From Candidatus Methanomethylophilaceae archaeon (GTDB taxonomy: Archaea; Thermoplasmatota; Thermoplasmata; Methanomassiliicoccales; Methanomethylophilaceae), in contig JBMNHS010000001.1 of the NCBI GenBank assembly GCA_050950505.1, positions 416,001 to 480,000 on the forward strand: a DNA stretch of 64,000 nucleotides, written 5' to 3'. The notes below the pieces were generated by a model. It worked only from the letters and a program-made list of their open reading frames with translations, was not told the DNA's origin and ran no database searches. The position numbers and the translations under genes are program-made. How positions within the stretch are numbered: the first letter of the stretch is position 1; every line of letters begins with the position of its first letter. This document shows positions 42,779 to 52,720 of the stretch, one piece after another.

Positions 42779-43416
42779 ACGCACAGAGAGATAAAGCGGA
42801 TTTCGCACTGACGCCGGTTGCCCGGAAACTGATCAACGTCAATCCGAATTATATTTCCTGGCTGGCTCTCATACTGGCTCTCGTGGCCGGTATCGTGATG
42901 TACCGCAGTTTCTCTTTGGTGTGGCTGCTGATTCCCGGTGCGGCGCTCGTTTTGATTTCCGGATATTTCGACGCTTTGGACGGCAAAGTGGCCAAACTTG
43001 CGGGAAAGGCTTCCAGACGGGGAGACTATCTCGATCATGTTTTCGATAGATACGCGGATGTTCTGATGATCGGCGGTGTGGCGGTAAGCGGTTGGTGCAA
43101 TCCTTATCTGGGCATGGTGGCCCTTGTGGGTGTGCTGCTGACGTCATACATGGGAACTCAGGCACAGGCAGTGGGTGCACCCCGTTTGTACGCAGGACTT
43201 CTCGGAAGGGCCGACCGTGTGGTGCTTATGACGCTGTTTCCGATAATTCAGTACATCATGACCACGTTCACCGAATACGGACTGCTGACAGTCGGCAGCA
43301 TAACATTGTCCTGGATGGAACTGATGATTCTTTATTTTGCAATCATGGGCAACACAACGGCAATCCAGAGAGCCGTTGTCACTTGGAACGCGATGACAAA
43401 GGAAGATACGGACTGA
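42769..43416 (+). CDS. CDP-alcohol phosphatidyltransferase
   Basis: DALDGKVAK..GDYLDHVFDRYAD signature. Confidence 0.93.
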   Translation: MVLDAQRDKADFALTPVARKLINVNPNYISWLALILALVAGIVMYRSFSLVWLLIPGAALVLISGYFDALDGKVAKLAGKASRRGDYLDHVFDRYADVLMIGGVAVSGWCNPYLGMVALVGVLLTSYMGTQAQAVGAPRLYAGLLGRADRVVLMTLFPIIQYIMTTFTEYGLLTVGSITLSWMELMILYFAIMGNTTAIQRAVVTWNAMTKEDTD

Positions 43417-44457
43417 TTATTCCTTTTCCGCATCCTTTTTCCACCCGGTTCCGGACTTTATTCTGTAATAAACGAGAGGGTGGTTCATCTTCTCACTTTT
43501 GCACAGGTTGTCTTCATTGTAGCATATGCCGTGACTTTTCATGGTGGAACATTCCGGCGGGGTATAACCGTCGGAACCCGTCAGTTCTCCGGTTATGTGT
43601 TTTATCTGATAGGCGGATTTCGATTCGTCGAAGTCGGGCGATTCGGAAAACAAAGTAAGTATCTGCAAGGAATCCATGCCCAGAGCATGAAGGAACGAAA
43701 CCAACGCGAATCTTGCGCTGTGAGACAGATTGATGCCGTTGTGTGCCTGTGCCAGTATCGCTTTCATACAGGGAGGCATGTGTTCCAGTTCGATGGGACC
43801 TCCTCCCGTCGGACCGTATTTGCTTTTGCTTTCGTTCAAAGCGTTCGTCACGATTTCCACGTCCTGCCTCAGGTACGGCAGTATTGATTCAGGTATCTGA
43901 AGGGGCAACTCCGATTCAATCCGATCCTGCAGCGCATTCTGCAGAACACGGTCGAATCTTTCCGGAGCCAGCATGACGTAGCCATTCTCAATTTCCGTGT
44001 TGATTAATTTCCAATCTTTGCTTTTGATTCTGGTGGAGAATTTCAGATAATCGGAAAAGTGCATCCTTAGACTGTCGTTCTTCGTCACGGCTTTCACTTC
44101 AAGTTCTTTGGCCACACGGGCTACGTTTCCCGTATCGTCACCAATCAGCAATTTATTCATACGGACGGATTCGGCCAACGAGTATCTCCTGTAGAGATAA
44201 CGGTCGTTCACGCAGGACACAAGCATTCTGGCGTAAGGATAGGACATGATTTCCATCAAACGGTCGAAATCCGTCATAAGAGAGTGATAGGATACTTCGC
44301 CGTGCTCCACGGTGTCCATCACTCTTTCCAAACCTCTTATTCTCGCGGATGAATAAGATTCAGAGGATATCAACGATTCAATATCCGCTCCGTTCTTTTC
44401 CGCAATAATCGAAGATTCTTTCAGAAACGGATATTTGGCGGCTAATGCTATGTCCAC
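43417..44457 (-). CDS. priL: DNA primase large subunit
   Basis: AKYPFL, PPCM, LSHSARF, YTPPECSTM and HPLVYY. Confidence 0.93.
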   Translation of the reverse strand: MDIALAAKYPFLKESSIIAEKNGADIESLISSESYSSARIRGLERVMDTVEHGEVSYHSLMTDFDRLMEIMSYPYARMLVSCVNDRYLYRRYSLAESVRMNKLLIGDDTGNVARVAKELEVKAVTKNDSLRMHFSDYLKFSTRIKSKDWKLINTEIENGYVMLAPERFDRVLQNALQDRIESELPLQIPESILPYLRQDVEIVTNALNESKSKYGPTGGGPIELEHMPPCMKAILAQAHNGINLSHSARFALVSFLHALGMDSLQILTLFSESPDFDESKSAYQIKHITGELTGSDGYTPPECSTMKSHGICYNEDNLCKSEKMNHPLVYYRIKSGTGWKKDAEKE

Positions 44458-44693
44458 CTTTGCAAATGGTACGGGAACGATATACAATTTTCTGATTTTT
44501 ACGTTTGACGCAAATCGATTTTATTTACTGTCATTGACGTATATGACGTACCGGAATCGATATGCATCACGTCAATCGTACTTCGAAAAACCTCTTTGCA
44601 GGTTATTTATAAATAGCATTAACCAACTATCAAGGATATATTTCGCATAAAAACTACGAATTTCGCAGTTTATGCACAAATCGAGGAGAAAAC

Positions 44694-46049
44694 ATGGCAG
44701 ACAAAGAAATGACTGTTGAGGAAATGCTTGCCAAGGCAAAGAAGCCCGGTGAAGACGCTAAGATTTTACACAAGTTCTACGGAGGCAAAACGGAAATCGT
44801 ACCCAAGGCCTGTATCAGGTCTTTTGACGATTTCTCGATTTGGTATTCCCCCGGGGTGGCCGAACCCTGCAAGCAAATTGCGGAAAACCCTGAAATGGTG
44901 TACGATCTGACCTGCAAATGGAACACCGTGGCAGTGGTATCCGACGGAACCAGAGTACTGGGTCTCGGAGACATCGGGCCGGAGGCGGCCATGCCGGTCA
45001 TGGAAGGAAAAGGAATGCTGTTCAAGTACCTCGGAGGCGTGGACAGCGTGCCAATCTGTTTGGATACCAAGGATCCGGACAAAATCATTGAAACCGTAAG
45101 GTTGATTGCACCCTCCTTCGGAGGTATCAATCTTGAAGATATTTCGAATCCGAAATGTTTTGACATTCTAGATGAACTGAGGGCAGACTGTAAAGTCCCG
45201 GTATGGCACGACGATCAGCAGGGTACCGCCACAGTAGAGGTTGCAGGCGCCATCAACGCATTGAAACTCGTGGGAAAGAAGTTGGAAACAGCCAATTTCA
45301 CCATAATCGGTGCCGGTGCGGCATCAATAGCGATTTCAAGGTTATTGCTGAACGTTGGGGTCAATCCCAAGAATATGTGCGTCTGCGATTCCAAGGGAAT
45401 TCTGAACATGGAAAGGGACGATCTCGGAGGACAGTTCAAACAGAAGTATGAATTGGCCCAGAAGACCGACGGTGCCGGAAAGAAGGGCGGAATGAAGGAA
45501 GCCATAAAGGATTCCGATATCATCATCGCGGCTTCGAAACCCGGACCCGGTACAATCGATCCTGCCTATTTGGATTCCATGGCGGACAATCCGATTTTGT
45601 TCGCAACCGCAAATCCCATACCGGAAATCTGGCCCTGGGAGGCCAAGGAGCACGGTGTGAAGATTTTCGCGACCGGACGTTCGGACTTCCCTAACCAGGT
45701 AAACAACTCCATGGGATTCCCCGCGATCTTCCGCGGTGTGCTTGATGTAAGGGCGACCACCATCACCGACACCATGTGTCTGGCCGCCGCCGAGGAATTG
45801 GCCAAGTGCGCCGAAGAGAAGGGAATACATGAGGAATACATCATACCCACAATGGCCGAAAGCGAAGTTTTCCCCAGAGTCGCAGTCGCAGTCGCGATGC
45901 AGGCTCAGAAGGAAGGCGTGGCAAGGCTCAAGATGAGTGCGGAGGAGTTGAGGGAAAAAGCGGAGTTTATGATAAACCGCTCCAGAAACGTGACCGCGGC
46001 CATGATGAGGGACGGATTCATCAAGGATCCTTCGGAAGTTCTTCGTTAA
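44694..46049 (+). CDS. NAD(P)-dependent malic enzyme
   Basis: VLGLGDIG, MEGK, NLEDI, HDDQQGT and TGRSDFPNQVNN. Confidence 0.96.
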   Translation: MADKEMTVEEMLAKAKKPGEDAKILHKFYGGKTEIVPKACIRSFDDFSIWYSPGVAEPCKQIAENPEMVYDLTCKWNTVAVVSDGTRVLGLGDIGPEAAMPVMEGKGMLFKYLGGVDSVPICLDTKDPDKIIETVRLIAPSFGGINLEDISNPKCFDILDELRADCKVPVWHDDQQGTATVEVAGAINALKLVGKKLETANFTIIGAGAASIAISRLLLNVGVNPKNMCVCDSKGILNMERDDLGGQFKQKYELAQKTDGAGKKGGMKEAIKDSDIIIAASKPGPGTIDPAYLDSMADNPILFATANPIPEIWPWEAKEHGVKIFATGRSDFPNQVNNSMGFPAIFRGVLDVRATTITDTMCLAAAEELAKCAEEKGIHEEYIIPTMAESEVFPRVAVAVAMQAQKEGVARLKMSAEELREKAEFMINRSRNVTAAMMRDGFIKDPSEVLR

Positions 46050-46056
46050 AACCATT

Positions 46057-46088
46057 AAGAGGTCCGAGAGGACCTCTTTTCATTTTAT
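46057..46088 (+). terminator. Hairpin-U tract terminator
   Basis: AAGAGGTCC-GAGA-GGACCTCTT followed by a T-rich tail. Confidence 0.8.
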
Positions 46089-46176
46089 TCTAACAATTCA
46101 CTTATGTAATATTCTCACCAATAAAGACGGAACTGCTAAACAATTATACATATCCTTGAACTAAACAGGTTCAGAA

Positions 46177-47049
46177 ATGAAAGGAATCATACTCGCCGCG
46201 GGCAAAGGAACCCGGCTGCATCCGGCTTCGTTGCCGATATCAAAGATACTTCTTCCGGTTTACGACAAGCCGATGATATATTACCCGCTGTCAAATCTGA
46301 TAATGGGGGGCATACGGGAAATATTGGTAATCACGAACGAGGAAGACGATAATAAATTCAGGAAACTGCTCGGTGACGGTTCCCAGTTCGGCATCAAAAT
46401 CGATTACATGATTCAATACGTCCAACGCGGCATTTCCGATGCGTTTCTGATAGCGGAAGATTGGATTGACGGGGATGACGTGGTTCTTATTCTCGGCGAT
46501 AACATATTCTACGGCCGGGGGTTGGAAGAAACCATTGCTTCTGCATTGAAGAAGAACACCGGCGCCGTAGTGTTCGGATATGCCGTGGACGATCCGGAAA
46601 GATTCGGTGTCGTCGAGTTCGATGAAAGCAGGAAAGTTTTATCCTTGGAAGAAAAGCCGAAAGAGCCAAAGTCGAATTTTGCGGTGGTCGGTCTGTACTT
46701 TTACGATGGAAACGTGTGCGAGTATGCCAAGAAGTTAAACCTCTCGGACCGCGGAGAGTTGGAGATTACGGATTTGAATAAAATCTATATGAACGAAGGC
46801 AGACTCAGAGTCGAGGTCTTTGACGAGAACATCGGATGGATGGATGCCGGCACTTTCGATTCCTTGTTGGATGCCGGCAATTCTATAAGAGAAGTCAGGA
46901 AAGACACAGGCGTCAACGTGGGATGTCCCGAAGAGTCCGCTCTGAAAAAAGGATTTGTCACCAAAAAGAATGTGTTGGAATGGATTGGTAAATTCAAGAA
47001 CAACGACTACAGAGAGTATGTCGAAGAAATCTGCGAAAGATACGGTTGA
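46177..47049 (+). CDS. rfbA: Glucose-1-phosphate thymidylyltransferase
   Basis: GIILAAGKGTRL, YDKPMIYYPL, LGDNIFYG, EEKP and RGELEITD. Confidence 0.93.
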   Translation: MKGIILAAGKGTRLHPASLPISKILLPVYDKPMIYYPLSNLIMGGIREILVITNEEDDNKFRKLLGDGSQFGIKIDYMIQYVQRGISDAFLIAEDWIDGDDVVLILGDNIFYGRGLEETIASALKKNTGAVVFGYAVDDPERFGVVEFDESRKVLSLEEKPKEPKSNFAVVGLYFYDGNVCEYAKKLNLSDRGELEITDLNKIYMNEGRLRVEVFDENIGWMDAGTFDSLLDAGNSIREVRKDTGVNVGCPEESALKKGFVTKKNVLEWIGKFKNNDYREYVEEICERYG

Positions 47050-47361
47050 TTGTTTGTTTCTGCGGTGTCGATTGCTCAAACAGAGCCGCATACCGTCCGT
47101 TTCATGAAAGTATCGGATTTTATTTCCAAATTTATTCAAGGCATCGTTTCTGACGTTATAATCTGTACGCAAATTCTGTAAAACAACGTTTCCAAATCAT
47201 ACCGAATAACCATTCGGATTTTTATCTTATGCCTCATTTTAAGAGATAATTACCGTTGAATCGATAACTACAATTATACTAACTTTCGGATATAGTTATA
47301 CTAACTGTATACCATAAATTTATAATAGTTTATAAATAAAAAATAAAAATATTTATCATGT

Positions 47362-49533
47362 ATGCGAGGCAAACTCCCCGCGATATCCGCAGCATTCATA
47401 ATTGTGGCAATCCTGATTTTCTTAGGCTCGGTTTCTGATCCGTGCTTTAACAGGAACATACAGGATTCTGAAAAAACATCTCAATTTTTTCCTTTTTCGG
47501 GTGATGAGGCCGATCAGGCAGAGAATTTTATTTATGAACTGAAAAACAATAAAATCAAAATCATCGGATACACAGGGTCATCCGACAATGTAACGATACC
47601 CGGTATGATTGAAAGCAGTCCCGTAACGGAAATCGGTGACAATGCGTTTTCGAACAATAAAAAAATAAAATCGTTATCTGTACCCGATTCAGTGATTCGC
47701 ATCGGTATTTCTGCTTTTGAAAACTGTCAGAAACTTGAGAATGTTGTTTTGGGAAACGGGGTCAAACTTATCGATTACAGTGCGTTCAAGAGTTGTTCTT
47801 CTCTTAGCGTCTTACAATTCAAGGGGGATGCGCCAAGTGTGGGAAACATGTGGATTTCGGGCGCCGCGGACAGTTTGACGATATATTACGTAGAAGGAAA
47901 AAAGAAATTCGATACTTCGGACTGGAAAGTACTGAATCTTGAACCTTTGAATGTTCCGGACCCTCCGATACACCCTTCTGTTATTTCCGGGGAATCGTCA
48001 ATGGATTTTTCATGGCAGATGTCGGACACAGTTGAACCGGAGATTATTCTGGGATTTGAGATTTTGTATAAAAAATCAGGAAACGAAGAATGGACAACAT
48101 TGTTCGTTAAAAACGGATTCGAAGTGAAAATCGGGAATCTGAGCAACGGAACCGAATATGAAGTCTGTGTTTCCGCGGTCAATATCGCAGGTTCGGGAAA
48201 TCCGAGCGACATCGTGACGGCAACACCCTTTACGATTCCTGAAGCACCCGTTCTTAAAGTTGTTGAAGAGGACGACAGGACAGTTTTAATCTGGAACATC
48301 CCGAATAATATGGGTTCGGCAATCACGGAATATGCCGTTTATCGGGACAATGCCAGAATTGCATCTATTGGTCCTGCCGACACAGAATACAGGATTGAGG
48401 GTCTGGAAAAAGGGATTGTTTACAACTTTTCAATAACGGCTTCCAATTGTGCAGGAGAGAGTTCCGGAAGCAATATTGTTGAGGTAATGTTGAAAGAAAC
48501 ATATACGGCCTCTTTCGTCGTGGACGATGTTGTCGTTGAATCTGCAACATTGAAAGAAGGAAAAGAAATCCTTCAGCCCACAGATCCGCAAAAGAACGGT
48601 CATATGTTTGCAGGGTGGAATCCGGATGTTCCGGAATTCATGCCTGCGCATGACGTAATTATGAAAGCAATCTGGCACATGATAACGGATGTTCCGAATC
48701 CTGTTCTTGATTTGTATTACAACGGAGAATATCAAACCGGATTTCCCGTTGATGAAGGATACGGGGTATCAGGTGATTATCCCATGAAAGATGCCGGCAA
48801 TCATATGGTGAACCTTACGTTGAAAGAAGGATTTGTGTGGAGCGACGGGACGTATGAAATCAAGGAACTGGTATGGAAAATTAACCCGAAAATAGTATAC
48901 GTTTATCCGGAAAAGGATCAGCAAAAACGTTACTTTGACGAGGATCCGGATTTGAAGTACAGGCTTTCTGAAAATCTGTCCGTCTCGGGGAAGCTCGACA
49001 GAGTTTCCGGCGAAAATCTTGATAGTTATGGAATAAACATCGGATCTTTGAACTCTGAAAACAGCAACTACCGTCTTGAAATGGGTGAAGAAACAGTGTA
49101 TTTCACGATAATTGCGGCATATCCCGGAACGCCTGTTGGGTTGGAAGTGATTTTTGACGATGAATGTACAAGATTGCGATGGTGTGCACCCGATTTCGAT
49201 GGCGGTTGTGATATGTTACACTATGAGGTTTGGATGAAATCGAATGACGGTAGTTGGAAGCTGTATGAGACAATCGAAAATCAAGAATTCTGTGATATTT
49301 CATCAGAGTCGGATACAGCGTACGGATTAATGGTAAAGGCCGTGAATTCTGCGGGAGCATCTGAATTCTCGGAGATTGTTTCAATTGAAGTGAGCGATGC
49401 CGTGAGATACGAAGGGGACAGAGCAAACACTGAAATTGAAAGCTGTGAAAAAGATAACATGGTTTTCATAACATCGTTTATTTTGATCACAGTACTGGGT
49501 CTTGTATTGATACTTCTGAACAGATCCCGATGA
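47362..49533 (+). CDS. Cell-surface adhesin-like protein (BspA-type LRR, FN3 repeats, InlB B-type repeat, MBG-like domain, C-terminal TM)
   Basis: Signal/TM N-terminus, IGxxAFxxC repeats, FN3 motifs (YEVCVSAVN), PQKNGHMFAGW and a C-terminal hydrophobic anchor. Confidence 0.85.
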   Translation: MRGKLPAISAAFIIVAILIFLGSVSDPCFNRNIQDSEKTSQFFPFSGDEADQAENFIYELKNNKIKIIGYTGSSDNVTIPGMIESSPVTEIGDNAFSNNKKIKSLSVPDSVIRIGISAFENCQKLENVVLGNGVKLIDYSAFKSCSSLSVLQFKGDAPSVGNMWISGAADSLTIYYVEGKKKFDTSDWKVLNLEPLNVPDPPIHPSVISGESSMDFSWQMSDTVEPEIILGFEILYKKSGNEEWTTLFVKNGFEVKIGNLSNGTEYEVCVSAVNIAGSGNPSDIVTATPFTIPEAPVLKVVEEDDRTVLIWNIPNNMGSAITEYAVYRDNARIASIGPADTEYRIEGLEKGIVYNFSITASNCAGESSGSNIVEVMLKETYTASFVVDDVVVESATLKEGKEILQPTDPQKNGHMFAGWNPDVPEFMPAHDVIMKAIWHMITDVPNPVLDLYYNGEYQTGFPVDEGYGVSGDYPMKDAGNHMVNLTLKEGFVWSDGTYEIKELVWKINPKIVYVYPEKDQQKRYFDEDPDLKYRLSENLSVSGKLDRVSGENLDSYGINIGSLNSENSNYRLEMGEETVYFTIIAAYPGTPVGLEVIFDDECTRLRWCAPDFDGGCDMLHYEVWMKSNDGSWKLYETIENQEFCDISSESDTAYGLMVKAVNSAGASEFSEIVSIEVSDAVRYEGDRANTEIESCEKDNMVFITSFILITVLGLVLILLNRSR

Positions 49534-49655
49534 GCCGGCAATCGTCTGATTACCTGATGACATCGCATTCATCAGACCCATTCAGTATATTTTACGTTAT
49601 TATGTGCTGTCAATCAGCCTGTCGATTCAGTATCACAGTGTAGCATATGACAATG

Positions 49656-50756
49656 TTAAATTGACAATTCTGCCTTTACACAATCCAGGCAGGCTCTGAT
49701 AACTTTATCCATGTCGTAATACTTGTAACTGCCAAGTCTTCCGCCGAATATGACATCCTTTTCTTTCTTAGCCAGGATTTCATATTCCTTGTAAAGTTTT
49801 TCATTTCTGTCATCGTTGATGGGGTAATACGCCTCCATTCCCGGTTTCCAGGTTGCCGGATACTCCTCGGTCACGACGGTTTTGGGCTGTGTTCCGAATT
49901 CAAAATGTTTGTGTTCAATGATTCGCGTATACGGAACTTCCGATCCCGTATAATTCACAACAGCAACACCTTGGTAATTATCCGTGTCCTCAATCCTTGA
50001 TTCAAACCTAAGAGATCTGTATTCCAGATGTCCCAGACTGAAGTTGAAGTATTCGTCTATCATCCCCGTGAATACCAATCTATCTGCGATTTTCTTGAAG
50101 TCTCTGTATTTTTCAAAAAAGTCACAATTCAACTCCACGTCAATACCTTCAAGCATTTTTCCAATCATTGAAGTGTATCCTCCGATGGGTATTCCCTGGT
50201 GGGGATCGTTAAAATAATTGTTATCGAACGTGAATCTCAGCGGGAGTCTTCTTATTATCGATGCCGGAAGATCTTTGCAACTTCTGCCCCATTGTTTTTC
50301 AGTGTATCCCTTTACCAACTTTTCAAAGATGTCTGTGCCCACCATCGATATAGCCTGTTCTTCCAGATTTGCCGGATCATGGTTCAAAACAGGAATCTGG
50401 GACTGTATTTTTTCCTTTGCTTCTTTCGGTGTTTTCACATTCCATATTTTACTGAACGTGTTCATGTTGAACGGCATGTTGTACAGTTCATCCCCGATTC
50501 TGGCTATGGGCGAGTTAACGTAATTGTTGAATTCGGCAAATCCGTTTACGTACTTCCATACTTCTTCGTCCGCGGTATGAAATATGTGGGCGCCGTACTT
50601 GTGTACATCAATCCCTTCAATTTTTTCGCAGTAAACGTTTCCTCCGACGTGGTCGCGTTTATCGATGACAAGGCATTTTTTCCCATGTTTTTTTGCTATG
50701 TTGGCAAAGACGGAACCATACAGTCCCGCACCCACTATCAGATAATCGTATTTCAT
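49656..50756 (-). CDS. glf: UDP-galactopyranose mutase
   Basis: GAGLYG, HKYGAHIFHT, YTEKQWG, YYPIND and GRLGSYKYYDMD. Confidence 0.97.
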   Translation of the reverse strand: MKYDYLIVGAGLYGSVFANIAKKHGKKCLVIDKRDHVGGNVYCEKIEGIDVHKYGAHIFHTADEEVWKYVNGFAEFNNYVNSPIARIGDELYNMPFNMNTFSKIWNVKTPKEAKEKIQSQIPVLNHDPANLEEQAISMVGTDIFEKLVKGYTEKQWGRSCKDLPASIIRRLPLRFTFDNNYFNDPHQGIPIGGYTSMIGKMLEGIDVELNCDFFEKYRDFKKIADRLVFTGMIDEYFNFSLGHLEYRSLRFESRIEDTDNYQGVAVVNYTGSEVPYTRIIEHKHFEFGTQPKTVVTEEYPATWKPGMEAYYPINDDRNEKLYKEYEILAKKEKDVIFGGRLGSYKYYDMDKVIRACLDCVKAELSI

Positions 50757-51736
50757 CTTCCCACCTTACTGTGCCAGTTCCATGCGGTTTTTATTATGTT
50801 TTCGATCGAAGAATGTACGGGATTCCAGTTGAGAACCTCTTTGGCTTTGCTGTTGTCCGCAACAAGGATATCCGGGTCCCCTTCTCTTCGGTTTTCCAAA
50901 ATCACGTTCAATTTTTTATCTGTTATATTCTGAACGGAATCCACCAGTTCAAGAACGGATACGCCTTTCCCTGTGCCGAGATTGAAACAATCGCTTCTCT
51001 CTTCTCTGAAAAGATATTCAATGGCTTTTATGTGGGCATCGGCTAAATCTGTGACGTGAATATAATCTCTGATACAGGATCCGTCATGTGTGTCATAATC
51101 GGTTCCGAACACATAGAACCGGTCCCGTAAACCGAGAGCGTTTTGAAGAAGAATCGGAATAACATGAGTTTCCGGGTCGTGCATTTCTCCGATATCTCCG
51201 TCGGCATCCGCACCGGCTGCGTTGAAATAACGAAGACTGACATATTTCAGTCCGTATGCGTTGTCGTAATCACTCAGCATTCTTTCAAAAATAAGTTTCG
51301 TCCATCCGTAGGGGTTGACCGGCCATTGTTTTTCACTTTCGGTTATGGGTACCGTCTGAGGGATTCCGTATGTTGCGCAGGATGATGAAAATACTATTTT
51401 TTTAATTCCTGTTTCAACCATGGCATCAAGCAATACTTTGCTTTTGACGACATTGTTTTCGTAATATTTTTGGGGATCCGAAACGGATTCACCAACGCAT
51501 GCCAAAGCAGCAAAATTGACAACGGCATCAATATTATTTTCTTTGAAAATTTTGGCCATAAGAGAAAAATCCCCAATGTCTCCTATGACATATTTTGCAC
51601 CGTCTATTCGAGGGATGTTTTCTTTCGGCACATTATCCAGTACGATAACATCGTAATTTTCAATCAGCTCTTTAACCGTATGAGATCCGATGTATCCCGC
51701 ACCACCCAAAACCAATATTCTTTTCCTGACAGACAG
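50753..51736 (-). CDS. galE: UDP-glucose 4-epimerase
   Basis: GGAGYIGSH, YGWTK, LRYFNAAGA and RDYIHV; probable CTG start at 51736. Confidence 0.95.
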   Translation of the reverse strand: MSVRKRILVLGGAGYIGSHTVKELIENYDVIVLDNVPKENIPRIDGAKYVIGDIGDFSLMAKIFKENNIDAVVNFAALACVGESVSDPQKYYENNVVKSKVLLDAMVETGIKKIVFSSSCATYGIPQTVPITESEKQWPVNPYGWTKLIFERMLSDYDNAYGLKYVSLRYFNAAGADADGDIGEMHDPETHVIPILLQNALGLRDRFYVFGTDYDTHDGSCIRDYIHVTDLADAHIKAIEYLFREERSDCFNLGTGKGVSVLELVDSVQNITDKKLNVILENRREGDPDILVADNSKAKEVLNWNPVHSSIENIIKTAWNWHSKVGR

Positions 51737-51924
51737 AATTTCACCTTACCGTTAATCTTCGATAATAACATGCAAGGTTACATAAACATATCTTGGTTCT
51801 TACAGACGTTATATAGTATGCTTTGATTATTGGAAAGTACAAGTGAAACGGCACATCTTAAAACACAACGGGTTATAAACGTTGAAGATAAATGCATGTT
51901 TATCTGGTATGGGAAAATTGATTT

Positions 51925-52719
51925 ATGAAAATTGGAAAGGCCATTAAAGGGAAATTGAAAGCACTCTACAATTTCAGACACATGTATTATTCTCTGGTTC
52001 AGCGGAGTTTGTATGGGAAATACAAAAATTCCGTATTGGGATTCTTATGGAATTTTTTGACACCGACAATAACAATTCTACTGTTCTATATCGTTTTCAG
52101 TAATTTTATGGGAGGTTCAATCGATCACTTTTGGGCATATCTTTGCGTAGGTATGTTTCCTTTTCAGTTCATGAATGATAATCTGATCGGAGGTGCATCG
52201 AACATTACGTCAAACGGAGAAATGGTCAAGAAAATGTATTTTCCGAGAGAAATACTGCCTTTGTCTCAAGTCACGTACACGTTCATAGTGTTCCTCATAG
52301 CGTACGGCATAATCGCAATTTTGATGTACGCCTCAGGCGCTCTATCATTTAACGGTATATGGGCGTTCCCAATCGTTTTAGTGACGATGTTTATCTTTAC
52401 CTTTGGAACCATACTGTTCACATCCTCAATCTCTGTGTACTCCCGGGACTTTCAGTATCTTATAACAGCATTATCCAAATTACTGTTTTGGATAACTCCC
52501 ATATTCTATACGATAGAGTCTGTGTCGGGATTATTGTACAGACTGCTCTGGTTTAATCCATTGACTTATTACGTTGAAGGATTCCACAGTGTGATGTACC
52601 ACGGAACGATACCCGGAAACGGAATAATGTTGGGATGTATTGTTCTGGCGATTGCATCGCTCACGGTAGGTTTGTGGACTTTCAACAAATTGAAAGACGG
52701 ATTTGCGGAGAGAATCTGA
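51925..52719 (+). CDS. ABC-2 polysaccharide/teichoic acid exporter permease (Wzm/TagG-like)
   Basis: KYKNSVLGFLW, KKMYFPRE, RDFQY, TPIFY and NPLTY. Confidence 0.92.
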   Translation: MKIGKAIKGKLKALYNFRHMYYSLVQRSLYGKYKNSVLGFLWNFLTPTITILLFYIVFSNFMGGSIDHFWAYLCVGMFPFQFMNDNLIGGASNITSNGEMVKKMYFPREILPLSQVTYTFIVFLIAYGIIAILMYASGALSFNGIWAFPIVLVTMFIFTFGTILFTSSISVYSRDFQYLITALSKLLFWITPIFYTIESVSGLLYRLLWFNPLTYYVEGFHSVMYHGTIPGNGIMLGCIVLAIASLTVGLWTFNKLKDGFAERI

Positions 52720-52720
52720 A

